The notes: generated from the letters alone by a model not told the origin. Shown: positions 9,998-20,384, numbered from the stretch's first letter. The stretch: DNA of 64,000 nucleotides from Cyanobium sp. (GCA_046075505.1 JBJTQH010000133.1:61497-125496); one strand, 5' to 3'. Translations and numbers: made by a program.

Positions 9998-11471
9998 CGG
10001 TGAGCAGATCGAGTTCGTCGATCAGCACCTCGATACCGGCTCGGCTGATCTGGCTCATGTAAGTGCGCTTGAACTCCTCCAGAAAGGCGCACAGCAGACG
10101 CTGTGACTGTTCCAGGGCCGATCCCTGCTCCAGGGCCTGCGCCAGTTCCTCCCAGAAGCGGTCGATCACCGTCTGCAGCAACTCCAGCTGCTGATCATCA
10201 CGGCGACCGAGGCGTTCCCCCGTGCTGCGGGTCAGATCGATCAGGCTGTCCACCATGCCGCCGGCCAGCTGGCGGCTGAGCCCCTCCTCCATCTGCAACA
10301 GCGGCTGCAGGCGGCGCAGCGGTGGCGCCACCATCGTGGATTGCAGGCTCTGCTGCAAGGCATGACCGAGCACCCCCTGCAGCTCAGGGGCCAGCCTGGG
10401 GGCCACCCGCCCAAGCAGCAGCGGCGCCCAGATGCGCAGCAGCTGCACCAGTTCACGGCCTTCACCGCTGACACTCTGATGGCTGCGCAACGCCCGCAGA
10501 CGGGCCGGCCAGCGACGGGAGCGGATCAGGCCCTGCAGCCCATCGATCAACTGCAGGGCCAGCACCTCGAACAGCTCCACCGCCAGCAGCGCCACCACAC
10601 CGCGACTGATCACCGCCCGCAGCGGTTCGATGCTGATCAGCCCGCTGCTCTGCAGACGCTCCAGCACCGGCAGCAGCCGCAACCAGCGCCAGAAGGGCAG
10701 CAGCAGGGGCAGATCGGTCCAGCGCCGCAGCAGCGCCTGCCCCCAGCTCAGACCGCTCAGCCGGCGCCGCAGGCGGATCAGCCGCAACAGAATGTCGAAC
10801 GCGAAGACGCTCTGGAACAGCAGCAGGTCGTAACGCCAGAAGTGATCCGTGGGGCGGCCGTTGTCGTCGATCGAACGCCAGTAGTTGGTGGCCACCAGGG
10901 GCAGCACCTGCTCCCTCCAGAAGCGGCGCTCCTGACGCCAGTCGAGCTGCGCGATCCGCTCGTGGGACAGCAGGCGGGCGCTGGCCTGCCGGGCTGAATC
11001 GAGATCGGCCCGCTGCCGCAGGCGGTTCTTGATCTTCTCCAGCGTTCCGGAAGCACCGGTGGCTTCAAACGGATTGCCATCGATCATCTGCTCGGTGAGC
11101 CGCACCTGCTTCTGCAGCAGCTGCCGCACGGCCGGCGGCAGCGGGCGGCCCGGAGCCGCCGCCAGCAGGGCCCGATCGAGCTGGGCGAACTGAGCCCGGT
11201 AGGCCTCGGTTTCGCGATGCGGTTCGATCCCCTTGATCGGATCCACCCAGGGCGTGATGTCTGGGATGGCGTGCAGCGGCAGCACCAGCGGCACCGAGGG
11301 GATCGGATAGAGGTTCCGCTGCAGCCAGAAGGTCCGCAGCGGCACATAGGTGAGATCGAAGGCCACCCAGGCCAGGTTCACGGCCGCCCAGAGCGCCACG
11401 AAGCGATCCCAGCTGCGGCCCAGCCGGCTGCTGCTGAGGGGGAGGGCCCCATGCCAGCGGGGTCGTGCCAT
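9945..11471 (-). CDS. conserved multi-pass membrane protein with an Arg-periodic helix
   Basis: ATG at 11471 (MARPRWHG). Several TM segments. LLRLIRLRRRLSGLSWGQALLRRW resembles a voltage-sensor-type helix. No firm family assignment. Confidence 0.6.
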   Translation of the reverse strand: MARPRWHGALPLSSSRLGRSWDRFVALWAAVNLAWVAFDLTYVPLRTFWLQRNLYPIPSVPLVLPLHAIPDITPWVDPIKGIEPHRETEAYRAQFAQLDRALLAAAPGRPLPPAVRQLLQKQVRLTEQMIDGNPFEATGASGTLEKIKNRLRQRADLDSARQASARLLSHERIAQLDWRQERRFWREQVLPLVATNYWRSIDDNGRPTDHFWRYDLLLFQSVFAFDILLRLIRLRRRLSGLSWGQALLRRWTDLPLLLPFWRWLRLLPVLERLQSSGLISIEPLRAVISRGVVALLAVELFEVLALQLIDGLQGLIRSRRWPARLRALRSHQSVSGEGRELVQLLRIWAPLLLGRVAPRLAPELQGVLGHALQQSLQSTMVAPPLRRLQPLLQMEEGLSRQLAGGMVDSLIDLTRSTGERLGRRDDQQLELLQTVIDRFWEELAQALEQGSALEQSQRLLCAFLEEFKRTYMSQISRAGIEVLIDELDLLTVRAGEGAEPPIPEAETP

Positions 11472-11534
11472 CGAAGTCCCGGGCGGCTGCGTGCCTAATC
11501 TGCCCCCTGAACCCAGTCCCTGCCGCCCCGTTCC

Positions 11535-12284
11535 TTGCCCTCTCCGGATCCGCCGCAGCCCTCCTCGCCCGCTCGCGAGCGCTCCGGGCCTCCCGCTCAG
11601 GATCACCCACTCGCTGCCGAACCGGCCGAAAGCGCCTGGGCGTTCTGGCGCAGTGTGCTGCTCACCCTGGCGGTGGCCCTGGGGATCCGCCAGTTCCTGC
11701 TGGAGGCGCGCTACATCCCCTCAGGCTCGATGCTGCCCGGGCTGCAGATCCAGGATCGTCTGCTGGTGGAGAAGGTGAGCAACCACCTGCGGCCACCGCG
11801 ACGCGGCGAGATCGTCGTCTTTCATGCGCCCCATCGCTTCGATCCGGTGCTCAGCGCCCAGGGACTGCCCTCACCGCTGCGCTGCCTGGTGGTCAACATT
11901 CCGTTGCTAGGCTCCCTGCCCGGTCTGCAGAATCCAGCCTGCGACGCCTTCATCAAGCGGGTCGTGGCCCTGCCCGGTGAGAGGGTGAGCGTCGATCCAC
12001 GCGGCCGGGTGCGGATCAACGGCCAGGCCCTCGACGAACCCTACGTGCACTCCTTCTGCCCTGTGGACACCCAGGGCAACGGCCCCTGCCGCACGATCGA
12101 TGCGGTCGTTCCCCGCGGAAGCGTGCTGGTGCTTGGTGACAACCGCGCCAACAGCTGGGATGGTCGCTTCTGGCCGGGGGGACATTTCCTGCCGCGCCGG
12201 GAGATCATCGGTCGTGCCTTCTGGCGTTTCCTGCCGCTCAGGAGCTGGGGAAGCCTGGGGCCCACCACCCCTGAGCGCCCCTGA
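11535..12284 (+). CDS. lepB: signal peptidase I
   Basis: IPSGSMLPGL (catalytic Ser box), RGEIVVF and GDNRANSWDGRFWG boxes. Confidence 0.9.
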   Translation: MPSPDPPQPSSPARERSGPPAQDHPLAAEPAESAWAFWRSVLLTLAVALGIRQFLLEARYIPSGSMLPGLQIQDRLLVEKVSNHLRPPRRGEIVVFHAPHRFDPVLSAQGLPSPLRCLVVNIPLLGSLPGLQNPACDAFIKRVVALPGERVSVDPRGRVRINGQALDEPYVHSFCPVDTQGNGPCRTIDAVVPRGSVLVLGDNRANSWDGRFWPGGHFLPRREIIGRAFWRFLPLRSWGSLGPTTPERP

Positions 12285-13587
12285 GGCCGCTGGCCACGAT
12301 CGCGCCGCAGCCCCCTGCCGGCGGCTGGGGATGATTGCGGGCCAGCGAAGGAGGCCGCAGGCCGGCCAGCGGCGCTGCCGGCTGCTGGCCCCGGGGATCG
12401 AACAGGATCCAGCGACGGCTGCCGGGCTGCAGCTCCTCCGGCGCGAGACCGAGAAAGGCGGCCGGACCCCAGCACAGGCGCTGCCAGAGCTGATGGGGGG
12501 ACCAGCGGCGGCCCTGCACCAGTTCCTGCCAGAGCGCCGGCAACACCGCGCCGCCGCCATGACCGGCCACCCCGGCCCGTCGTTGCTCCAGGGTGAGCAG
12601 CATCTCCTCGGCATCGAGGGGGCGGTGGTGCACGGCGATCGCGCTGAGCACCCCTCGCTCCAGGGCATCGATCAGGGCTTCGCGATCCCGGGGGCCGCCG
12701 AGGGAAGGCTCGACGCGCCAACCGATGGCGGCCGGATCGAGGCCGCTGCTGTCCGCCACCAGATGCCACCAGCACACGGAAGCGGCCGGGGGTGATTCCT
12801 GGCACTCCAGCTGGGCCACGGCCTCAGCGGTGGAGACATTCATCAGCCGCAGCGCCGCTCCCGGTCGGGCGGCCTGCAGGGCCAGCAGGGAGGCGAGCGG
12901 CAGGGTCTCACTCACCACCGGATCGACCGGCCAACCGGCCCGCAACGCCTCCACCCGCTCACGCACAAAACCCTGCTGGCTGAGGGCCGGATCGCGCGGG
13001 GCCAGCAGCACGGGGCGATCCCCCATTTCCGCCAGCAGCAGCCCCCGCTCCAGCAGCGGCAGCGGCAGCAGGGAGGCACCGGCCGCCAGGCCAACGGCAC
13101 CGGCCCGCAGCAAGGCGTCGTGGTCCGCCAGCCCGTTCTCCGCCTCGCCGCTGCTGAAGCTGCCCCAGAGCAGCAACCGCAACGGCTCCGGCCAACGCAG
13201 ATCGAGCGCCTCGGGATGGTCCCGGCGCCGCTCGGCCCAGGGCAGCAGGGCGACGGTGCCGTAGCCACCAGCCGCCGCCGCCGCCGCCAGGGAGCTCAGG
13301 GTTTCGGCCTGACCGCGGCAGGGATCCTCCAGCACGCTGTGGGGATCGACCAGAGGGGGGGCCAGCCAGCAATGGCGGGCATCGATCACCTGCGTTCCGG
13401 CGGCTGCGGCCGCTGCCAGATCCGGATCGGAACCGGCCAGCAGCGGTGGCTCAGCCCTGCCGGCCGACGCGGCTTCCAGATCGCCGAGACGACCCTCCTC
13501 AATCCAGACATCCGCCTGGCGCGGCGGCTGCTGCGGTCCCACGAGCAGGTGGACACCGCGGAGCAGGGTGCGTCGTGCCGGGGTCAT
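12238..13587 (-). CDS. dihydroorotase-like amidohydrolase with degenerate active-site motifs
   Basis: VIDARHCWLAPPLVDPHSVLEDP..GGYGTVALLP aligns by eye to the type I DHOase N-terminus. See findings for the motif loss. Confidence 0.75.
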   Translation of the reverse strand: MTPARRTLLRGVHLLVGPQQPPRQADVWIEEGRLGDLEAASAGRAEPPLLAGSDPDLAAAAAAGTQVIDARHCWLAPPLVDPHSVLEDPCRGQAETLSSLAAAAAAGGYGTVALLPWAERRRDHPEALDLRWPEPLRLLLWGSFSSGEAENGLADHDALLRAGAVGLAAGASLLPLPLLERGLLLAEMGDRPVLLAPRDPALSQQGFVRERVEALRAGWPVDPVVSETLPLASLLALQAARPGAALRLMNVSTAEAVAQLECQESPPAASVCWWHLVADSSGLDPAAIGWRVEPSLGGPRDREALIDALERGVLSAIAVHHRPLDAEEMLLTLEQRRAGVAGHGGGAVLPALWQELVQGRRWSPHQLWQRLCWGPAAFLGLAPEELQPGSRRWILFDPRGQQPAAPLAGLRPPSLARNHPQPPAGGCGAIVASGLRGAQGWWAPGFPSS

Positions 13588-13607
13588 GGGCGGAGCGGCC
13601 GAAGGAT

Positions 13608-14954
13608 TCAGAGAGCTCCGGCGGCGGTGCGATCAAGCACCCCCCCGAGATGGCCGGTGAGATTGAGGCAGGTCACCACCGGATCCCCCTGGGCCCCCTC
13701 GGGGTAATCGATGACACTGACGCCGCCGTTCCCCTGCTTGATCGCCCAGATGGCCTCCGGACCAAGGCCGAGCAGGGCGCAGAGGATGGTCTTGTTGACG
13801 GCGTCATGGGCCACCACCAGGGCGGTCTCGTCGGAATCGAGGCTGCGGGCGATGCGGCCCCAGGTGTCGAGGGAGCGGTTCCAGACATCGTGGATGGTTT
13901 CCCCCTGGGGCATCTGCACCGTGTGGGGCTCGATCTTCCAGGCCTGCAGCAGCTCCGGCCAGCCTGCGGCGATCTCCCGCTCCAGTCGGCCCTCCCAGAG
14001 CCCGTGTCCGATCTCCACCAGGCCGGGGGTGCTGGTGAGCGGCACACCGGGGTGGTCGGCCAGGATCCGCTCCGCCGTCTGGCGCGGCCGGGCCATCGCA
14101 CTGGTGTACGCCCGCTGAATCGAGACGTCGGCCAGAAAGCGGCGGGCGGCATCGGCCTGGGCCAGGCCATTGCTGTTGAGCGGAATATCGATCTGCCCCT
14201 GGAAGCGCCCCTCCCGGTTCCAATCGGTTTCGCCGTGGCGCACCAGCAGCAGGCGGGGCCCACCCGCCCGGCGGGGCAGGGGGGCCTCCAGATGGGCGGT
14301 GCCGTTGAGCGATTCCAGCTGCACCTGGCGCGGGCCAGCGGCGCTGGCACGGCTGACATTGAGCACCGAGATCGAGGCGTTCTCCAGCCGCAGCTGCCGG
14401 AAACCGCTGGCGGGCAGATCAAGCAGGGCCAGCAGCAGACAGCGCAGGATGCCGTTGTGGGCCACCACCAGCACCGTCGCGGTGGCACTGCCCTCAAGGG
14501 CGTCGGCGTGGGTTTCGAGAAGGCTGTCGCGGAAGCGGGCCGCCTGCTCCAGCAGCTCGATCACCGGCCGATAGGCCCCACCATCGGGGCGCTGCAGCTC
14601 AAGGCTGTGGGGGGCCTGCCGCCAGAGCCGCTCCTGCTCGGGATACCGCTGCTGCACCTCGCTGCGAAGCAGACCGCTCCAGGGGGTGAGGTCGACCTCG
14701 AGCAGGCCTGCATCGCTCTGCAGCCGCGGCGGGCGACTGCAGCCTTCCAGAATCAGGGCGGCGGTGTCGCGGGCGCGGCTCAGAGGCGAGGTGTAAGCGG
14801 CCTGCAGAGGCACCTCAGCCAGGCTGCGACCGACGGCACGGGCCTGGGCAGCACCCTCGTCGCTGAGACGGGAGAGATCATCCCGCCCCTGGATGCGGTG
14901 CTCGCGGTTGAAGCTGCTCAGCCCGTGGCGGACCAGCACGATGCGGAGGGGCAC
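13608..14954 (-). CDS. tandem histidine phosphatase (two phosphoglycerate-mutase-family domains)
   Basis: Two RHG motifs, IVLVRHGLSSFN and LLLVRHGETDWN. GTG at 14954 preferred; ATG at 15065 would overlap the divergent neighbour. Confidence 0.85.
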   Translation of the reverse strand: MPLRIVLVRHGLSSFNREHRIQGRDDLSRLSDEGAAQARAVGRSLAEVPLQAAYTSPLSRARDTAALILEGCSRPPRLQSDAGLLEVDLTPWSGLLRSEVQQRYPEQERLWRQAPHSLELQRPDGGAYRPVIELLEQAARFRDSLLETHADALEGSATATVLVVAHNGILRCLLLALLDLPASGFRQLRLENASISVLNVSRASAAGPRQVQLESLNGTAHLEAPLPRRAGGPRLLLVRHGETDWNREGRFQGQIDIPLNSNGLAQADAARRFLADVSIQRAYTSAMARPRQTAERILADHPGVPLTSTPGLVEIGHGLWEGRLEREIAAGWPELLQAWKIEPHTVQMPQGETIHDVWNRSLDTWGRIARSLDSDETALVVAHDAVNKTILCALLGLGPEAIWAIKQGNGGVSVIDYPEGAQGDPVVTCLNLTGHLGGVLDRTAAGAL

Positions 14955-14983
14955 AGACCACGGGCTGCAGGCGATTCCATCGT

Positions 14984-16477
14984 ATGGGGCCCCCCTGCGG
15001 GGAGAATCGGGCCTGCTACGCCGTCGAGGGTGAGCGTTTGAGCAGCGGTTCCTCCCCGTCCCCACCCCCGGCCTCCGGTCCGGAGGGCCCTGCCACGCGG
15101 GGCTCTGCCGGCCATGCTCCGCCGGCCTGGAAGAGCCTGCTGGCGCTGCTGAGCCTGGTGCTGAGCCTGATGATCTGGCTTGGAGGTCTGCTGGACAGCC
15201 TGGAGCGCCCCTTCGTGGGCGATGCGCTCAGCCAGCGCCAGCTGGAACTGACCGCCCTGGCCGCCGAGGCGGTGCCGGAACCCCTGCGCACCAACCTGTT
15301 CGGCAGCGCCCCCCGGGCGGAGCTGCAGCGCGAACTGGAACGCCGCAGCCGCGACGGCACCCTGCCCGCTCCGGCGGCGCTGCGGCTGGAGCTGCTGCTG
15401 CTCGACGGGAAAGACCGCGCAGCGCAGGCGGCGGCCCTGCAGGAGCTGGAGCGCTCGGTCGACCAGCCGCGCCGACCGCTGCTCGCGGCACTCCGGCAGG
15501 GGCAGAGCCTCAGACCGTCCCAGCTCCAGCCGTTGCTGGCCCCCTGGCAGGCGAACACGATGCTCAGCCAGCTGAGCTGCGAACAGCTCGGGGAAGCTTC
15601 CGAGCGCTGCCCTGCCGCCCTCTCCTCCCGCCGTCTGCTGCTGCAGTGGCTGGTGGTGAGCCTGCTGCCGCTGCCACTGCTGCTGCTGGGAGTGCTGCTG
15701 CTGCTGCGACTGCTGTGGCAGCTCTGGCGGGGCCGGCTACCGACAGCACCACCGCTGCTGGGACCACCTCTGGATGCCGTGGAGGTCACCCTGCTGATCG
15801 CCGGCGGCTTCGTCCTGCTGGGGGAGGTGTTGCTGCCGCAGCTGCTGCAGGGCCGGCTGGCCGCCCTGCTGGCCTCCCTGTCCCTGCAGGGTCCGCTGGA
15901 GCAGGGGGTGCAGGTGCTGCTCCTCTACTTATTGCTCACCGTGGCGCCGCTGACGATCCTCACCGCGATGCTCACCGGCCGCGGCGCCCCGCCGGCGGGG
16001 GGCTGGCTGCAATGGCACTGGCGACCGCTGCCTTCCGCCCTGGCGCGGGCGATCGGCACCGTGCTGATGGTGCTGCCCCTGGTGGCCCTGAGCGGCTGGC
16101 TGATCGAGCACCTCTGGCGCGATCCAGGCGGCAGCAATCCGTTGCTGGATCTGGTCCTCACCAGCTCCGACCCCCGCGCCCTGGCCTGTTTCGCCTTCAC
16201 GGCGGTGGTGCTGGCCCCGCTGTTCGAGGAACTGCTGTTCCGAGGGGTGCTGCTGCCGGTGCTGGCGCGGCGCTGGGGAGCGGCGGTGGCGGTGCTGGCC
16301 AGTGCCCTGATCTTCGCGCTGGCCCATCTCAGCCTGAGCGAACTGGCGCCGCTGTTCGTGCTCGGCGTCGGGCTGGGCTGGTTACGGTGGCGCAGTGGCC
16401 GACTCGGGGCCTCAGTGCTGATGCACGCCCTCTGGAACGCCCTCACCTTCCTCAATCTGCTCGTGCTGGCCGACTGA
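14984..16477 (+). CDS. CPBP-family intramembrane metalloprotease (CAAX protease-like)
   Basis: LFEELLFRG, FALAHL and HALWNA motifs in the C-terminal third, plus many TM helices. Start uncertain. Confidence 0.8.
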   Translation: MGPPCGENRACYAVEGERLSSGSSPSPPPASGPEGPATRGSAGHAPPAWKSLLALLSLVLSLMIWLGGLLDSLERPFVGDALSQRQLELTALAAEAVPEPLRTNLFGSAPRAELQRELERRSRDGTLPAPAALRLELLLLDGKDRAAQAAALQELERSVDQPRRPLLAALRQGQSLRPSQLQPLLAPWQANTMLSQLSCEQLGEASERCPAALSSRRLLLQWLVVSLLPLPLLLLGVLLLLRLLWQLWRGRLPTAPPLLGPPLDAVEVTLLIAGGFVLLGEVLLPQLLQGRLAALLASLSLQGPLEQGVQVLLLYLLLTVAPLTILTAMLTGRGAPPAGGWLQWHWRPLPSALARAIGTVLMVLPLVALSGWLIEHLWRDPGGSNPLLDLVLTSSDPRALACFAFTAVVLAPLFEELLFRGVLLPVLARRWGAAVAVLASALIFALAHLSLSELAPLFVLGVGLGWLRWRSGRLGASVLMHALWNALTFLNLLVLAD

Positions 16478-16548
16478 GGCGGGGCGACTCCGGAGCCTTC
16501 CGGCACCATCTGAGCCGCCCGACCATCTGAGCAGGTTCCCACCGAAGG

Positions 16549-17049
16549 TTGCCGGGGTCACCACCGGGTGGTTCACTTGCGCAGGTTTCCGGTCTACCCG
16601 TGGTCGCCACCCCCGTTCCTGCATCAGAGCGCTCCCAACGCCGCCTGCGCCGCAGCTCCTCGATGCAGCTGCTCGAGGGCGCCCTCTCGGCCCGGCGGGT
16701 GGAACGCCAGGCCCCCTGGCTGGCCGGTCTGCACCGGCTGAGCACCGGCGCCCTGGCGGGCCTGGGGCTGACCATGCTGAGTCTCAGCGCCCTCACCCTG
16801 CACTGGCAGAATGAATGGGCCCGCAGCTTCCAGGAACTGGAGGCGGCCCGGACCCTGGAGCACCGCATGCAGGAAGCCGCTGCTGTCCTTGAGCAGCACC
16901 ACATGAGCGCGGTGCGCCGACCGGGCCAGCTGGTACCGACCAGCAGTGAGAACCTGATCCATCTGCAGGAGCCCGCCGCCGCACGCCCCAAATCCGGTCT
17001 GCCCCTGCTGGCCGGGATCCAGGTGCGTCGTATGCCGGCGGGCTACTGA
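16549..17049 (+). CDS. hypothetical membrane protein in the FtsL-like position upstream of ftsI
   Basis: Single TM segment (ALAGLGLTMLSLSAL) followed by a coiled segment. Its stop overlaps the ftsI ATG (TGATG). The start may be ATG at 16663. Confidence 0.45.
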   Translation: MPGSPPGGSLAQVSGLPVVATPVPASERSQRRLRRSSSMQLLEGALSARRVERQAPWLAGLHRLSTGALAGLGLTMLSLSALTLHWQNEWARSFQELEAARTLEHRMQEAAAVLEQHHMSAVRRPGQLVPTSSENLIHLQEPAAARPKSGLPLLAGIQVRRMPAGY

Positions 17050-18923
17050 TGGCACCAGCCTCCAGCCGCCGCCACCCGCCGGGAGGTCCCGGTCGCAGCC
17101 GCGGCCGCTCCGCCACCTCCCCCCGAGCGGTGCCGGGGCATCCGCATCGCGTGGTACAGATTCAGCCTCTGTCCACCAATCGGATGCTGGCGGTCTACGG
17201 ACTGCTGGTGCTGGCACTGACGGGGCTGGCCGGACGGTTGGCCTGGCTGCAGCTGATCGAGGGCGACCGCCTGCAGGCCCGGGCCCGCGAGTTTCAGACC
17301 CACAAGGTGCCGCCCCTGCGGCAGCGCCGCACGATCGTCGATCGCACCGGACGGCTGGTGGCTCTCGATGAGGAGCGCTTCACCCTCTGGGCCCACCCGC
17401 GCTACTTCAACATGCCGGGCGATCCCCCCCAGAGCGTGCGCAAACCGGCCGATGTGGTGGAGCGCCTGGCCGCGGTGCTGGCGGTGCCACGCCAGGAGCT
17501 GCTCAACACGATCGGCGATCGCCGCAGCGGCGTCAAACTGGTCAGCGGTCTCGATGCCGACACCGCCCAGAGGGTGCAGGAGCTCGGCATCAGCGGCCTG
17601 GATCTTGAGGCCTATCCGCAGCGTCTGTATCCGCAGGGCTCGCTGTTTGCCAACGTCGTCGGTTTCCTCAATCTCGAGCGGGTGCCCCAGGCCGGCCTGG
17701 AGCAGAGCCGCGACCGCGAACTGAAACGGCAGGAGAGCACCTTCACGATGCGCCGCGGTGCCGATGGCACTCCCCTGCCCGATGGCATCCAGGCGGGTTC
17801 GCTCTACGGCGATGATCTGCGCCTGCAGCTCACCCTCGATGCGCGCCTGCAGCAGGTGGCCCAGCAGGCTCTGACGCGGCAGGTGAAGCAATGGAAGGCC
17901 AAGCGGGGAGCCGCCTTGGTGATGGATGCCCACACCGGCGAGATGCTCGCCCTGGTGTCCTCGCCCACCTACGACCCGAACCGGTTCTGGAAGTACGACC
18001 CCGGGCTATTCCGCGAATGGTCGGTGCAGGACCTCTACGAACCGGGCTCCACCTTCAAACCGATCAACCTGGCCCTGGCGCTGCAGGAGAAGGCGATTCA
18101 GGCCGGCGGTCGCGTGCATGACACCGGCCAGCTGACGATCGGGGGCTGGCCGATCTTCAACAACGATCGCAGCGCCTATGGCGTGATCGATTTCCCCACG
18201 GTGCTGGCGGTCTCGAGCAACGTCGGCATGGTGCAGGCAATGAGCCAGGTGAAGAGCGATCGCTACTGGAACTGGCTGCACACGATCGGCATCGATGTGA
18301 TGCCCGACACCGATCTCCCCGGTGCCGTCGCCGGCCAGCTCAAGGCCAGGAAGGAATTCATCACCAGCCCGATTGAACCGGCGGTGGCCTCCTTCGGACA
18401 GGGCCTGTCGCTGACGCCGCTCAAGCTGGTGCAGCTGCACGCGATGCTGGCCAACGGCGGGCGGCTGGTCAGTCCCCACATCACCCGCGGCCTGCGCTCC
18501 GGCGACGCCCTGGCCGGTGTCAGCAAGGCCCCAGAGGTGCAGCTGCTCAATCCCGCCGTCACTCGCACGGTGGTGGGCTGGATGGAATCCGTGGTGGCCA
18601 AGGGAAGCGGCAAAGGCCTGCAGATCCCCGGGTATCGCCTCGGCGGCAAGACCGGCACCGCCCAGAAGGCGCACAACGGCGTCTACATCCCCGGGGCACG
18701 CATCACCAGCTTCGTGGCGGTGCTGCCGGTGGAGAACCCCCGCTATGTGGTGCTCGTGGTGGTTGATGAACCCCAGGGCGGCAATGCCTACGGCTCCACC
18801 GTGGCGGTGCCCGTGGCACGCCAGATCATTCAGGCCCTGCTGGTGATCGAGAAGATCCCCCCCAGCCGGCCGGTCGCCAGCGTCCGACCGGCGCGGGCAG
18901 CCGCCACCCCCCGCCGGGACTGA
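17049..18923 (+). CDS. ftsI: penicillin-binding protein 2 / FtsI-type transpeptidase
   Basis: STFK, SSN and KTGT active-site boxes (GSTFKPINLALAL, SSNVGM, GKTGTAQK). Confidence 0.9.
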   Translation: MAPASSRRHPPGGPGRSRGRSATSPRAVPGHPHRVVQIQPLSTNRMLAVYGLLVLALTGLAGRLAWLQLIEGDRLQARAREFQTHKVPPLRQRRTIVDRTGRLVALDEERFTLWAHPRYFNMPGDPPQSVRKPADVVERLAAVLAVPRQELLNTIGDRRSGVKLVSGLDADTAQRVQELGISGLDLEAYPQRLYPQGSLFANVVGFLNLERVPQAGLEQSRDRELKRQESTFTMRRGADGTPLPDGIQAGSLYGDDLRLQLTLDARLQQVAQQALTRQVKQWKAKRGAALVMDAHTGEMLALVSSPTYDPNRFWKYDPGLFREWSVQDLYEPGSTFKPINLALALQEKAIQAGGRVHDTGQLTIGGWPIFNNDRSAYGVIDFPTVLAVSSNVGMVQAMSQVKSDRYWNWLHTIGIDVMPDTDLPGAVAGQLKARKEFITSPIEPAVASFGQGLSLTPLKLVQLHAMLANGGRLVSPHITRGLRSGDALAGVSKAPEVQLLNPAVTRTVVGWMESVVAKGSGKGLQIPGYRLGGKTGTAQKAHNGVYIPGARITSFVAVLPVENPRYVVLVVVDEPQGGNAYGSTVAVPVARQIIQALLVIEKIPPSRPVASVRPARAAATPRRD

Positions 18924-19100
18924 CCCAGCCGTTGCCCTCGCCAGCGCTCCCGAACCGCGCCCCATGGGGCCCGCTGGGGCCGCTTTCCCCTGGCCTGTGG
19001 CGTTTCGCTCAAGCGCAGCCTCTGCCCCGCCGGCGGCTGCAACCGGCGCGGCTAGCGTGCCAGCACCGTCTCCATACCTCCCTTCACGAGCCCCAGCCCG

Positions 19101-20270
19101 ATGGCCAATCTGCTCGATCAACTCGCCGCCATGACCGTCGTGGTGGCCGACACCGGTGACATCGACGCCATCCGTCGCTTCACACCGCGCGATGCCACCA
19201 CCAACCCATCCCTGATCCTGGCGGCGGCCCAGATCCCGGCCTATCAGGAGCTGATCGACCGCTCCCTGCGGGAATCGCGCCAGGCGATCGGATCGGACGC
19301 CGGTGCCGATGCGGTGGTGAGCGAAGCGCTTGATGAGATCAGTGTCACCTTCGGCAAGGAGATCCTGCGGATCGTGCCGGGCCGGGTGTCCACCGAAGTG
19401 GATGCCAGGCTCAGTTTTGACACCGAGGCGACGGTGGCCAAGGCCCGCAAGCTGATCGGGCTTTATGAGGCGGCCGGCATCGCCCGCGACCGGGTCCTGA
19501 TCAAGATCGCCTCCACCTGGCAGGGCATCCGGGCCGCCGAGCAGCTGGAAAGGGAAGGCATCCACTGCAATCTCACCCTGTTGTTCGGCTTCGCCCAGGC
19601 GGTGGCCTGCGCTGAGGCGGGCGTCACCCTGATCTCGCCATTCGTGGGGCGCATCCTCGACTGGTACAAGAAGAGCACCGGCCGCAAGAGCTATCCCGGT
19701 CCGGAAGATCCGGGTGTGATCTCGGTGAGCCGCATCTTCAACTACTACAAAACCCACGGCTACAAGACCGAGGTGATGGGGGCCAGCTTCCGCAACATCG
19801 AGGAGATCATCGAGCTGGCCGGTTGCGATCTGCTCACCATCTCGCCGGTGCTGATGGATGAACTGCGCAACAGCGAAGGTGAGCTGCAGCGCCGCCTCAA
19901 CGCCTTCGACCCCGCCGCCTCTGAAGCCAGGGTGCACCTTGAGCTGGCGGATTTCGAGGCGGAAATGGCGAAGGATGCCATGGCTTCCGAGAAGCTTGAT
20001 GAAGGCATCCGCGGCTTCAGCAAGGCGATCGAAACGCTCGAAGCCCAGCTGGCCCACCGCCTGGCCGAACTCGAGGGCGGCGCTGCCTTCACCCATGCGG
20101 TGCATGAGATCTTCCTGCTCAACGATCTCGATGGCGACGGCTGCATCACCCGCGAGGAGTGGCTGGGCAGCGATGCGGTGTTCGATGCCCTCGACACCGA
20201 CCGCGACGGCCGCCTCGCACCCGCTGATGTACGCGGTGGCCTGGGGGCGCCGCTGGCGATCGGCCGCTGA
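19101..20270 (+). CDS. tal: transaldolase with a C-terminal EF-hand pair
   Basis: [29 protein letters not shown] transaldolase motifs. The tail carries [12 protein letters not shown] and [12 protein letters not shown] loops. Confidence 0.95.
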   Translation: MANLLDQLAAMTVVVADTGDIDAIRRFTPRDATTNPSLILAAAQIPAYQELIDRSLRESRQAIGSDAGADAVVSEALDEISVTFGKEILRIVPGRVSTEVDARLSFDTEATVAKARKLIGLYEAAGIARDRVLIKIASTWQGIRAAEQLEREGIHCNLTLLFGFAQAVACAEAGVTLISPFVGRILDWYKKSTGRKSYPGPEDPGVISVSRIFNYYKTHGYKTEVMGASFRNIEEIIELAGCDLLTISPVLMDELRNSEGELQRRLNAFDPAASEARVHLELADFEAEMAKDAMASEKLDEGIRGFSKAIETLEAQLAHRLAELEGGAAFTHAVHEIFLLNDLDGDGCITREEWLGSDAVFDALDTDRDGRLAPADVRGGLGAPLAIGR

Positions 20271-20304
20271 GCTCCGCTGCAGCCTTAAACACAGTCCCCT
20301 GTGT

Positions 20305-20345
20305 CCCCCCGGCTCGCCCGGGGGGGCTGTCGTGCTTTTCTCTGT
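20305..20345 (+). terminator. rho-independent terminator candidate after tal
   Basis: 8-bp GC stem (ccccccgg / ccgggggg) with a 5-nt loop at 20305-20325, followed by a T-rich tract gctgtcgtgcttttctctgtg. Confidence 0.5.
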
Positions 20346-20384
20346 GTTGTTTGCCGCCAATCACCCGTGAATGCTCTGGACACC

